A stretch of DNA of 64,000 bases, taken from IMG/VR virus record IMGVR_UViG_2886098363_000001, positions 1 to 64,000 of that record; one strand, given 5' to 3'. This DNA comes from a virus. Taxonomy: Duplodnaviria > Caudoviricetes. Below the pieces are notes generated by a model. That model was not told the DNA's origin, did not search any database, and saw only the letters and a program-made list of their open reading frames with translations. The position numbers were made by a program, and so were the translations under genes. Below, piece by piece: positions 1 through 9,764 of this stretch. Within the stretch, counting starts at the first letter, position 1, and each line of letters opens with the position of its first letter.

Positions 1-1635
1 CTATGTTGATTTTGATATCTTAACTTCCAACTCAGAAATAATGGTTTTTTTTGCTGCAATATCTTTCTCTAATGGGGCTATAATTAGGGTGTTGGCTCTG
101 GGGTGACATGTTTCGGTAATGTACTTTTGGTAATCTGCATCCATTAATTTTTTCATTGTAGCTTCTTGCGCGCATTGCTCAATTGTTATTTCGACACTCA
201 TTTTAATTTCATTTGAGTTGAGTCTTTCAATTAGTTCATCTAGGGCTGCTTGCTCATGGAGCAGTTTTGCGGGCACTATATAATAATCCAAATAGGCCTG
301 TTTGTTATCAAGGCAAACAAGTTTTGTACACGAATATTCACTTGGGTGCTGAGTGCATACGGATGTACTTTCTTCTACATTGCCTTGTTCACATTTGTTT
401 ATAGCTGATAGGATAAAACTAAGTTGCGTGAGCTTTATGTTTTTGTTACAGGTCGCATCAGGCTCACAAGAAGATATTGTGTTTGAATATTCATTTTCTA
501 TCTCTTGGTAGATGTTGTTTTTTGCTGATGCAATTTTCGGTAACTTAACAATATAGCTTTCAATAATTTTAAATGGAATGTTTTCCAATTCTTGATGCCC
601 TTTATTTTCATAAGTACAGGCATCGTACACAGACTGCGCAACTGTGTTTATATCATTGGCGATTAGATTGTCAAATGCCAGTTGTTTGTGGTCGCTCAAA
701 GTAAGGTTACTAGAAATGGTTTTTACGGTTTCTGATAATCCAGACTGATAAATCTCAATCTCTTTTGCATTATTCAACGGTTTGTTATCCCAGTCCTGGG
801 TTGGTTTAGTCGCCCAGTCAAATTGCTGGATAAAACGATGGCAGTCTACTCCCTCTGAATTTGCAGTGCTATGACTGAGCTCTAGCATACGGGTATCATA
901 CTCTCTTTTGGATTGATCCAGTTGAGCCTTTCGTCGTTCTTTTTCTGCTTGATTCACTAATTTTTTTGCAGTGGCAAATGTAACCTCATGTATAACGGCA
1001 CTAGCAATTTCATCAGGTTTTTGTGCGCAGCTAGTGTTGATGTCTTTTATTAGTTGATCCTTGTTGAAATTTCTGTCACTAGACATATTTAATAAAAGAG
1101 TATCTTTTTTTCCAACGATATCATCATAACTAAAGAGATTTTCACCATAATTTTTACAAGTGATTGCTCTAGGGGTCTTTAATAATTTAGCATATAGTTC
1201 ATTTAATTGTTCAGTAAGGATTAAGTTAAGATCTTTTTCTGGGTTTACAGCACACGATGCTAATGTATGCTCTGTTATATATGTGGTGTAGGATTTTCTC
1301 AAATGGTTTCTATAGTATTTTTCAATGGAAGTATCTCCTGTATATTCCGCATCGTGCATGCTCAGTGCTGAGTCAATAATGCTCCTGATATTTTTCATTT
1401 TAACGCTTGCGTCGATGTAGTGCTCAGATAATTGCTTATCACCATCGCGATATATTTCAAGTTGTTCGTTAAATCCTTTGGTTTCTAGGGTCTCATATTG
1501 AGACGCTAGCTCAAGTAATTCTCCACACGTACTTTTATTATTGTCGCTGACTGTTGGTAGATGGTTTTCATCACCACCATCAGTGCATCCTAATAATACT
1601 GACACACTGATGAGCAATACTAAATGAAATTTCAT
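1..1635 (-). CDS. Large hypothetical lipoprotein (~544 aa)
   Basis: ORF 1..1647; likely start MKFHLVLLISVSVLLGC, with lipobox LLG-C; Cys-rich; no family recognised. Confidence 0.7.
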   Translation of the reverse strand: MKFHLVLLISVSVLLGCTDGGDENHLPTVSDNNKSTCGELLELASQYETLETKGFNEQLEIYRDGDKQLSEHYIDASVKMKNIRSIIDSALSMHDAEYTGDTSIEKYYRNHLRKSYTTYITEHTLASCAVNPEKDLNLILTEQLNELYAKLLKTPRAITCKNYGENLFSYDDIVGKKDTLLLNMSSDRNFNKDQLIKDINTSCAQKPDEIASAVIHEVTFATAKKLVNQAEKERRKAQLDQSKREYDTRMLELSHSTANSEGVDCHRFIQQFDWATKPTQDWDNKPLNNAKEIEIYQSGLSETVKTISSNLTLSDHKQLAFDNLIANDINTVAQSVYDACTYENKGHQELENIPFKIIESYIVKLPKIASAKNNIYQEIENEYSNTISSCEPDATCNKNIKLTQLSFILSAINKCEQGNVEESTSVCTQHPSEYSCTKLVCLDNKQAYLDYYIVPAKLLHEQAALDELIERLNSNEIKMSVEITIEQCAQEATMKKLMDADYQKYITETCHPRANTLIIAPLEKDIAAKKTIISELEVKISKST

Positions 1636-1660
1636 GGCTAATCTCACAGAAAATTATATT

Positions 1661-2380
1661 TCAATTTATTTTTTTGAAAACATTTAGATGTTCATTATCC
1701 CAAATCCACATTTCTCTGGGATTACCGGGAAGATCGAGGGTAAATCCTTTGGCATCATGGCTTAATTTCCCAAGGTCACTACAGGTGCCAAACGTCCCCG
1801 ATATCATGCTAGGGGTGTTTTGTCTAACCACTATTAATTGGTAGAGCACTGGGCAACCAACGCCACCGGTGAATAATTCTAGCAATGCGACCTGCCCATC
1901 TGGGATCACAAACTGGTGAGCAATCTTAATATTGTCATAGCTGTCGTGATGAGTTAGTGACTCACCGTTGAACAGCACATCGAAATTTGCTTCGTCAGTT
2001 TTTTGCACGACAAACGTGGTTTGTGGTTTATCCAGTTTGGGCTCGAAGTAGACGCTACCATTGGAGTATGTCACCATGGCACCCTCGAGTGACACCTGTT
2101 TATCCCTGAGATTGATTAGCTGCTCTTCATCGTCAGCATCAATGTCCAGTTCCACATTCTCTTTGCCTGGTACCTCTATCCAATAATTCATACTTGCATA
2201 ACCGAGTTTTCCGCTCAGGGTGGTGGGGATTTTCGATTCAATCTGTAGCGCATAATCGGCAGTAAAGGCAGTGAACGAACAACTTAACAGGATTGCCATT
2301 GTCGTCGCTCGAATTACTTGTATTATCTGCATGCTTAGGGTTCTCATTTTGTAGATGCCATAGGTGATATCTTCTTCCAA
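1661..2380 (-). CDS. Hypothetical exported protein
   Basis: 239-aa ORF with signal-peptide-like MAILLSCSFTAFTA; co-oriented with the lipoprotein. Confidence 0.6.
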   Translation of the reverse strand: MEEDITYGIYKMRTLSMQIIQVIRATTMAILLSCSFTAFTADYALQIESKIPTTLSGKLGYASMNYWIEVPGKENVELDIDADDEEQLINLRDKQVSLEGAMVTYSNGSVYFEPKLDKPQTTFVVQKTDEANFDVLFNGESLTHHDSYDNIKIAHQFVIPDGQVALLELFTGGVGCPVLYQLIVVRQNTPSMISGTFGTCSDLGKLSHDAKGFTLDLPGNPREMWIWDNEHLNVFKKIN

Positions 2381-2800
2381 AAGTATCCTAACCTCAGTCC
2401 CTGCAAACCTGCCAGTAGATCAATCCGGTCACTATAGGCTCGAAAATATACCTCATAATGAACGTCCATTATCAGCAGCTGTGTCTAGCACTAAGGAAAG
2501 TCCGATCTAGAGCAGTGGAATTATCATGTTCTTTCTCCAGTTACATGATTTTGGTAATAGAAACCTATCCGATGAGATGGGCTGTCAATTGGCCGAGCGT
2601 GATAAGCGTGGTGTCAGTTGGTGAGCTGGCAGATGATCAAAGCCATCGTGGGAGAGCAGAGTGTTAGATCGTTGGGAGAGCTCCATTCAATTTAGAACCA
2701 TGTAATTCAATGAGATAAATCTATTTAGTTGATATTCAGTCGAGTAAGTACTTTATGTCAATAGGTCTTTCTTCAACCATAAAGGTTGATTGGAGGATTT

Positions 2801-3148
2801 ATGACGGATATCAACGTTGAGTTGCTGGCTAAAAGTGTGGGTAAGGCGATTGGGCGGCAGCGCCAGCAGGCTGGATTGACCCAGGATCAGGTGGCCGAAC
2901 ATCTCAGTATCGGGATGGAAGCCGTCTCTCGGATGGAGCGCGGTATCGTGGTGCCGACCATTGCCCGGCTGGCTGAACTGGCTCAGCTGTTTGGGTGCGA
3001 GCTGGCCGATTTCTTGCGCGAAACCAGCCCGCGCCCAACTGAGCAGGGTATCGTCTTGGGGCAGAAACTCGCCCGGCTGGACAGCGACGACCGGGCATTG
3101 CTGCTGGAGACATTTGAGCGGTTGGTCGAGCGCCTGGCCAAATCCTGA
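2801..3148 (+). CDS. XRE-family HTH transcriptional regulator
   Basis: GLTQDQVAEHLSIGMEAVSRMERG HTH motif; GGAGG RBS before ATG 2801. Confidence 0.9.
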   Translation: MTDINVELLAKSVGKAIGRQRQQAGLTQDQVAEHLSIGMEAVSRMERGIVVPTIARLAELAQLFGCELADFLRETSPRPTEQGIVLGQKLARLDSDDRALLLETFERLVERLAKS

Positions 3149-3149
3149 G

Positions 3150-4088
3150 TTAGGGTGTACCGGGTGCCGGTGTGGCGTCCTTGCCTAGCTTGTTGGTTAA
3201 CGGGGATGCCCGTGCTCGCGTTCCCCGTGGCTGGGCCACTGTTTGCGGTGCTGGTTCGGCAGTCGAATGCTCCCCTTCCTCCACCTGGGGGTAAAACTCT
3301 TCCAGCAGCATTGGCACCTCTTCATCCACTTCCTCGAACTGACCATTGCGCAGTAGCGCCCGCGCCACGGCTTCCATCTCGCTAATCGTCAGCCCAGCCT
3401 CATCATCCAGCAACGCTTCCTGCCGTGCCTGACAGACTGCCTCAGTCAGGGTCAGTTCATCGCGCAGGGTCAAATCCACGTAGTAGACCGGGGTACGGTA
3501 GGACTGGGTGGTGCTCTTGGCACGCAGCCGTAAGGTCAGCGGCAGGTAGCGAGTCAGGCCACCACTCACCGCCTCAAAGTACTTGAGCCGTGCCGCCAGG
3601 GTCCGTACCGAGTTATAGCCGGTGGTGCGAAAGATAAAGCTGCCGAGTTCATCCCCCTGTCCCTCCACAAACAGGTTCAGTCGTCCGTACAGCTTGCAGC
3701 CCTGCTGCTGGCCATAAGGGCAGCGCTCCGGACCGGGGCAACTGACCTCCTCCATCCCTTGTGCCCCCACCCGTTTAGCCATCTCTCCATTGCCGACACA
3801 GAGCGGTCTGCCAGTTTGGCGGTCAAAGGCGCTGTACTCTGCCCGCAGGTTCAGGTCGCTGTCATTGAACAGCACCCGCACCGGAATGGCGCGGATCTTG
3901 GCCTGCTCATGCCCTTGAGCGAACTGCTGATGCAAGGGATGGAGTAACCATCCCCCCTTTTGCTGGACCTGGGTGGTGAGGGTGAAACTGTCGTCCTTCT
4001 CCGGCACCCATTTCCCCTCTTTCTGTACCAGCCTGCCAATACAGATCCGCCCGATCACGGGCGGTGTGATAGCGAGTCCTTTGATCAT
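3150..4088 (-). CDS. Conserved island protein usually next to YqaJ (often annotated hydrolase/metal-binding protein)
   Basis: Start MIKGLAITPPVIGRICIG overlaps the YqaJ stop; CxG..C..C motif; family recalled from proteobacterial islands. Confidence 0.7.
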   Translation of the reverse strand: MIKGLAITPPVIGRICIGRLVQKEGKWVPEKDDSFTLTTQVQQKGGWLLHPLHQQFAQGHEQAKIRAIPVRVLFNDSDLNLRAEYSAFDRQTGRPLCVGNGEMAKRVGAQGMEEVSCPGPERCPYGQQQGCKLYGRLNLFVEGQGDELGSFIFRTTGYNSVRTLAARLKYFEAVSGGLTRYLPLTLRLRAKSTTQSYRTPVYYVDLTLRDELTLTEAVCQARQEALLDDEAGLTISEMEAVARALLRNGQFEEVDEEVPMLLEEFYPQVEEGEHSTAEPAPQTVAQPRGTRARASPLTNKLGKDATPAPGTP

Positions 4089-5089
4089 GGCGTGTGTCTC
4101 CTGGCAGAGTGAACTGCCTGAATGGTGAAACGGCGTGAGCCGGGCACCGGTTTGACGTAGTGGCTGAGTAGGTCGGGATGATCCTGCCCGAGCCGTTCCA
4201 AGTCCGGGGCCAGCCGATCCTTGCTGCGTTTCCAAGTGATCTTGCCGTCGGCAAAGAGTCCTGCCGTAGCCTCTCCCAGCGTGGCCTGTAGCCGCTGCTT
4301 GATCTGCGATTCGCGTAGCTCCACTTCCTCCTTGTGTTCGCGCAGATGCAGCAACTCCCCGAACAGCTGGTTGAACTCGGGCGAATCGGAGAGATCGACG
4401 GTTTCCCCGTCATCGCGGGGGAAGAGCCAAGCCAGCGCCGAGCCTGCATCCTCGGAGCCATCAGGCTCGGGCTGCTGGTCGTGGGTGACCTGATGCCAGA
4501 ATTGCGCTTCCCGCTCAGTGAGATCCCGGATCTTCTCCTCGTCGCGCTCGATGCGGTAAATCCGAAAATCTTGACCGCCGATGAGTACCGCCACTTCCGC
4601 CCAGGCATGACCGGTGACGGCGAGCTGATGCAGTACCTGACATTGGTAGGCGACCGGCACGCCTTCCTCCCACTGCGGCGCACTGTGATAACTGGCGGTT
4701 TTGATTTCGAGGATGCCGGGGCCGTCGGGGTGACCCACGATTTCCCGGTCGAGATTGGCGAGCATAAACAGATGCTCGGGGTGCTGGAGTACCGCATTGA
4801 CCCGGCGCACCTTGAAGCCGGTGCGCTTGGCGTAGACCTGCGCCAACACAGGCTCCAGCTCGATACCCCACAACACAGCTTCTTTCTGAGAGATATTGTC
4901 CGGCTCCTTGCGACCGGTTTTCTCCAGCCACAGCGACAGCGGGCATTTATAGGGTGAGAGGCCCACCGCCACGGCGGCATCGGACGAACCGAGCCCCAGT
5001 TTGCGGATCGCCAGCCACTGTTCGCGAGAGAGGTCGGTGGTGGAGGCTAAGCGAATAGCCTGACCGTATTTGGCTTTTGCTTTCATCAT
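4085..5089 (-). CDS. YqaJ-like viral recombinase/exonuclease
   Basis: WLAIRKLGLGSSDAA, ANLDREI, LEIKTA, YQCQVLHQLAVTG motifs of the lambda-exonuclease/YqaJ family. Confidence 0.9.
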   Translation of the reverse strand: MMKAKAKYGQAIRLASTTDLSREQWLAIRKLGLGSSDAAVAVGLSPYKCPLSLWLEKTGRKEPDNISQKEAVLWGIELEPVLAQVYAKRTGFKVRRVNAVLQHPEHLFMLANLDREIVGHPDGPGILEIKTASYHSAPQWEEGVPVAYQCQVLHQLAVTGHAWAEVAVLIGGQDFRIYRIERDEEKIRDLTEREAQFWHQVTHDQQPEPDGSEDAGSALAWLFPRDDGETVDLSDSPEFNQLFGELLHLREHKEEVELRESQIKQRLQATLGEATAGLFADGKITWKRSKDRLAPDLERLGQDHPDLLSHYVKPVPGSRRFTIQAVHSARRHTP

Positions 5090-5262
5090 GACTCCTGCCT
5101 GACGGCATAAATGCTCCCGCCCGGATAGGCTTATACCAGTCCGGGTGAGGGGATCTTTGCTTTCGGATGGAATGAAAAGAGGCTGCAAATGCAGCCTCAG
5201 GATGGGGTGTTGAAGGGAGGTCTAAATCGGTAGATGCCTGTTATCGGGTCGTCGCAACGGTG

Positions 5263-5565
5263 TCAGACGTTGAACCCGATGTGTCGTCCGGTTGGTAGTT
5301 CAACATCCACACGCAGCTTGCCGCCCATGGCTTCGACATAGCGTTTCATGGTGGAGAGCTTGATATCACTGCCACGCTGCTCCATCGCCACGACGGCAGG
5401 TTGGCTGACACCGAGTGCTTTAGCCAACTCGACCTGTGACACTTCCAGCTCTTCGCGTAGCGCCTGTATACGTACCTCCAGCAACAGCTCGGTAGCCATT
5501 TCCTGGATGCGTTGCCGACTCTCTTCTGAACGGGAGGCCAGCAAATCGTCAAGTGTTCTTCCCAT
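5263..5565 (-). CDS. HTH antitoxin (HigA-like)
   Basis: VSQVELAKALGVSQPAVVAMEQRGSDIKLSTMKRYVEAMGG; overlaps the toxin stop. Confidence 0.85.
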   Translation of the reverse strand: MGRTLDDLLASRSEESRQRIQEMATELLLEVRIQALREELEVSQVELAKALGVSQPAVVAMEQRGSDIKLSTMKRYVEAMGGKLRVDVELPTGRHIGFNV

Positions 5566-5915
5566 TACTTTCCCTCCAACTCAGCCAGATGACTGGCGTA
5601 CTGTGCCTCAGCCAACGGCAGCATCTCTTTGTAAAACCGCTTCTCGTTCCCGCCCTTGTTGCCAGCACACAGCACAATGGCTTGTCGCAACGGGTCAAAG
5701 GCGAAGAATGCACGTAGCGGCTCCCCCTGATGCTGTACCCTCAGCTCTTTCATGTTTGTAAAACGCGAGCCCTTGATGGTATCGACCAGGGGACGTCCTA
5801 CCGATGGGCCGTCCTGCGCTAAGGCGAGTAGCCCGGCCAAGACTTTCTCCTGCGTCGCTTCATCTTGTACATCAAACCAAGCATCAAACAGCTCGGTTGT
5901 TTTTACTGTCCACAT
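5565..5915 (-). CDS. RelE/ParE-family toxin (HigB-like)
   Basis: GPSVGRPLVDTIKGSRFTNMKELR..RAFFAFDPLRQAIVLCAGNK; toxin precedes antitoxin. Confidence 0.85.
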   Translation of the reverse strand: MWTVKTTELFDAWFDVQDEATQEKVLAGLLALAQDGPSVGRPLVDTIKGSRFTNMKELRVQHQGEPLRAFFAFDPLRQAIVLCAGNKGGNEKRFYKEMLPLAEAQYASHLAELEGK

Positions 5916-5962
5916 AGCGCACCAATATAATCTTTAGTTTATATCCTAGATGGATACGGCCA

Positions 5963-6913
5963 TTACTGCAACAGGTTGAGGGCCCGGTTTAACGCCTGGG
6001 TTTTCAGTTGCGCCCCTTGACCGAACCAAGCTGAATCGAGCCGGTGATCCTGACTGCGGGCACGACGATGGTGATCCACGTATTCGGTCACCGCATTGAC
6101 CAGCCCCCAAGCGGTATTGCGGGAGCTCGATAAATCAGACCCCATCCCGGCGCCCTGATAGAGCTCGTGCAGGCGTTGTACTGGACGGGTGAGGATGATG
6201 TTTTCGTCATCCAGCGGTTGGGCTAGCAGGTCACTAAAGAAGCGCAGCGCCTCTTCAGGAGCGACCGGGCGTTGCGCCAATGCCTTAGTCTGGGCTTTGA
6301 ACTCATCCCAATGGGAGAGACCTAGCCCAAGCGATTCTTTCACCACAGCCGCATCGAACTGGGTGGAGTGGGGGACCTTGATGGCCCCGGTGCTGTCACG
6401 TAGCGCCATCTGCAAGGTGTTATTGCAGACCACCCGCAGGGAGGTGAACTGCGCCGTGGTGCAGAGCGTGCCATCGCAACTGGTGGCGAGCAGCAGATAG
6501 GACTTCACCACATCCCCACCCTTGAGTTTCAAGTCCTGGCCGGTACGGGCCAGCGCCCAGAGCTTGCGACCGCCTTTAAGTGAGCCTGCCGTTTCTAATT
6601 CAAAGCCGCCGGCTTCCACTAGATCCTGATAGAAGTGCAGTACCTCATGGGGCTGCACCACGTTATAGCGTTGGGAGACCACCGAGAGCGGTTCGAGTGT
6701 ATCGGAGCGGAAGAGCACCTTACTATCGCGATAGGGGCGAATATGGAGAGCATCGGAAGCCACATTAAACATTACGTCGCTCTGCTCGATGGTCCAGTCC
6801 ATTCCGGCAGCTTTAAGCCAGATCTCCAAGGATTGTTGTGGGGGCAAGATATTGCCGAGGCCGTGCCAAGGCGTCTGGCCAATGTAGGCAATGCTATCGA
6901 TGAGGTGAGCCAT
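5963..6913 (-). CDS. DUF932-family protein
   Basis: PWHGLG, ETAGSLKGGRKLWALA, RVVCNNTL, TAWGLVNAVTEYVDH motifs. Confidence 0.9.
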   Translation of the reverse strand: MAHLIDSIAYIGQTPWHGLGNILPPQQSLEIWLKAAGMDWTIEQSDVMFNVASDALHIRPYRDSKVLFRSDTLEPLSVVSQRYNVVQPHEVLHFYQDLVEAGGFELETAGSLKGGRKLWALARTGQDLKLKGGDVVKSYLLLATSCDGTLCTTAQFTSLRVVCNNTLQMALRDSTGAIKVPHSTQFDAAVVKESLGLGLSHWDEFKAQTKALAQRPVAPEEALRFFSDLLAQPLDDENIILTRPVQRLHELYQGAGMGSDLSSSRNTAWGLVNAVTEYVDHHRRARSQDHRLDSAWFGQGAQLKTQALNRALNLLQ

Positions 6914-7372
6914 ATATCAATCTCCAATGAAAATGGGACTGCATAGCGCAATCCCAGAGGTAGGTTCACAGAGAGAATATATATCTGAAATTTATTCGAT
7001 TGGAGGTAATGGGAACGCTAGGTGACGTCACCGTACCATAAAAACAGCATGGCTCCAAATGGAGTATTGTGGGGCCACTAGTAATATCAATAGAGGCTCG
7101 TTAGTGACTGATGTTTTTGATATTACAGATATTTTTGATATTCGTATCTGAAAATATCCGGAGAATGCATACTTGAAAGGTTGAATGGAGCTTGAGGACC
7201 AGTAGAGGAGACGTAACCATACATCAAAGGTAGTTGTGTCACGACCATGTTTCCAGTACACCAATCTACGCTTTTTCAACTTGATCCTCCCTAGAAAAAA
7301 TACATTAGAATAAAAAGTTATTCAAACCATTCTTCGCAGATGCGCTTGGATGATATTTACATAAAAAAGTGC

Positions 7373-9439
7373 TTATTCGTTAACTGAAGGCGTCCAAGGA
7401 TGTTTATACCTGAACAATAGTTCTACGACTTTAGTTTTTTTGCCCAACTCTACAATGTTTTCAACATGTTCACCTGGAACAGAGAAAAGCAATATGATGG
7501 TTGAATAGTCTAAGAGACAAACACCAAGAGAAGATCCTGTAATTCCTTGGATTAAATTATCATTTAACTCCTCTCTGGATATAATATTTTCTCTAACCAA
7601 ATCATTTGCAAATTTTGCAGGGCCAGCAGGAAATTTAGGATCTACATCGATGCTGATTTTATCCAGTCCAGCTAATATTTTTCCTGAGACATCATTTAGT
7701 TTTTTAAGCAAGTTACGGATAATCAATGACGAAGAGTAATTGAGGTTTGCATGAGTCAATACTGACGAGTTTTTGATAGATTCGTTTGTCGTTGGATTGT
7801 GCGAGGGGGTGTGTCGTGCGACGGTGAAATTATAAGTATAGATGGCTTGTGCTACGATCGCGTTATATGTGTTGCCGCCATAAATAATAGAGTGTTCCTC
7901 ATATTCAGGTATAGAAAGCCATCCGCCATTATTAATTTTTAATAAATGGGGTGACGCAAGGATAGGAATGTAATTAATGCCTTGATGGTTTATTATGTCA
8001 ATAACCTGTTCATTTAATGACTGGTGTTTAATGCTTCTTGGCTTTAAGTTGTACATCAACCCTATTTTAAGCACTGCTAGCGAATACTTAATAAACCCAA
8101 ATGATGATCGTGCTTCATGTTTCACATTATTAATTATATTTAATGCTGCATCTGGTTTGCTATGTTTTATGCAATCGAGTGATTTAATAAGAGGTATATA
8201 TTGCATGAAGAGCTTTTGAAATTTATTAGTCTCTATGTATATTAACCCTGAAATAGCAGAGACCTTAGAATGATCAAATGCAATCACATGATTTTCACGG
8301 TGGTTTGCCTTATTATCTAATGATGCATCCTTGTCAACAATAACCATAGGTATACTAAATTGAGGAGGAGGCGTGACCATTTTACCTAGATATGACTCTT
8401 CTACTAGTAGTGGCATCAAATCTAGCTCTGAATCAGATAGAGTGCAAACTCCAAACATTTCAAATATGTAAGAAGTTATTTTCTCTAAATATCCCTGTTT
8501 TTTACTGCTTAATATTGTTTCTGGTTGATTGTCATCATGTAAATAAATGGATGATTCATTATGGTTTAAGTCCTCATAGTTTTCACTGAGTGCTGTGTGT
8601 AGGCTTAAATATAAATCGTCCAGTATTGGACTTTGTTTTTCGATAAGGATGTTATATGTATTATAAAAATGAGCAATCATGCTAGTTTTATTCGCGATAT
8701 CCTGCAGAATTATGATGGCAGTATAAGCGGCGATTATTGGTTGGATGCTAAATGACGAATTGTCAATTTTTGCGATAGAAAGCCTTTCATTACAATATTC
8801 AAGTTTCTCATGTAGTGTTGCACATGTTTGGTTGTCTTTTTTATAAAACACACCCAAATAATTTAGTAATTCAGGGATTAACAGATTTTCATTTTTGAAG
8901 TTGGTTTTTTTAAGTATGTCTATATGCTTTTTGAAGTGGTGTTTTATATATTCTCGCACATATTTTTGTGCTGTAATTTTTCTGAGTTTTTGTTTGTTGT
9001 CATCAAAGGTAGCTAAACTATCCATTGTAAGGATTCGGTCAAGGTGATAATAGATGGAGTTTTCATTTGAATAACTTTTAAAAATAAAAATGTCGACGCA
9101 AATTAAAGGAATTAATGCGTTGCCAATATAGTTTTGGATGGGGTCCTCGTAGAGGACATCAAGAACATTAGGCTGTCTAGCAAGAGCGTAGTACACGCTT
9201 TCTATTATATCGAAATGATTTACATCCATTTTGGGTGGCAAATCGCAACCAATATGCAGCAGCTTGAATATCTTCTCTAGTCTTCTAGTGGGGTCATTTG
9301 GGTTTGTTTTTGTTTGTAATTCTTTACGATGCGAATCAAAGCTAGCTTTGTTGGCTTCCTCGGTTGGGCGGGCCTTGCTTCTGAGTCCAAGAGTTTTTTC
9401 TACAGAGTAGATAAGTGCTGCGAAACGATGTTTTTTCAT
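7373..9439 (-). CDS. AT-rich hypothetical protein (688 aa)
   Basis: Long ORF in visibly AT-rich DNA, divergent from alpA; no motif recognised. Confidence 0.75.
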   Translation of the reverse strand: MKKHRFAALIYSVEKTLGLRSKARPTEEANKASFDSHRKELQTKTNPNDPTRRLEKIFKLLHIGCDLPPKMDVNHFDIIESVYYALARQPNVLDVLYEDPIQNYIGNALIPLICVDIFIFKSYSNENSIYYHLDRILTMDSLATFDDNKQKLRKITAQKYVREYIKHHFKKHIDILKKTNFKNENLLIPELLNYLGVFYKKDNQTCATLHEKLEYCNERLSIAKIDNSSFSIQPIIAAYTAIIILQDIANKTSMIAHFYNTYNILIEKQSPILDDLYLSLHTALSENYEDLNHNESSIYLHDDNQPETILSSKKQGYLEKITSYIFEMFGVCTLSDSELDLMPLLVEESYLGKMVTPPPQFSIPMVIVDKDASLDNKANHRENHVIAFDHSKVSAISGLIYIETNKFQKLFMQYIPLIKSLDCIKHSKPDAALNIINNVKHEARSSFGFIKYSLAVLKIGLMYNLKPRSIKHQSLNEQVIDIINHQGINYIPILASPHLLKINNGGWLSIPEYEEHSIIYGGNTYNAIVAQAIYTYNFTVARHTPSHNPTTNESIKNSSVLTHANLNYSSSLIIRNLLKKLNDVSGKILAGLDKISIDVDPKFPAGPAKFANDLVRENIISREELNDNLIQGITGSSLGVCLLDYSTIILLFSVPGEHVENIVELGKKTKVVELLFRYKHPWTPSVNE

Positions 9440-9538
9440 GATTTACCTTTTGTAGCCGTAGTTTGCCCCCCTGACGTTACCCGATAGGCTAGCCATAATG
9501 CGAGCTCATTCAATCAGGCGCTAGAAGGACATCACGTA

Positions 9539-9751
9539 ATGTCAGAGACAATAGATCGCTTCATTAGAATGCGTGAGCTCAAGGAGATGATTAGCCTATC
9601 GAGATCAAGCATTTACGACAAGCTCAATGCCAAGTCTCCTCGGCATGACCCCAGCTTTCCGAGGGCGGTTAAGCTTGGGGTATCAGCCATAGGCTGGCGT
9701 CAGAGTGAGATCCACCAATGGATTAAAACTAGGTCAAAAAACAGTCAATAG
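9539..9751 (+). CDS. alpA: AlpA-family regulator/excisionase
   Basis: RFIRMRELKEMISLSRSSIYDKL..FPRAVKLGVSAIGWRQSEIHQWI. Confidence 0.92.
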   Translation: MSETIDRFIRMRELKEMISLSRSSIYDKLNAKSPRHDPSFPRAVKLGVSAIGWRQSEIHQWIKTRSKNSQ

Positions 9752-9764
9752 ATGGAGGTTAGCT

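Noticed and set aside
7028-7279. 83-aa ORF downstream of the 688-aa orphan
   Set aside because: TTG start, no clear RBS and no motif; it may be spurious in AT-rich DNA, so it was not called.
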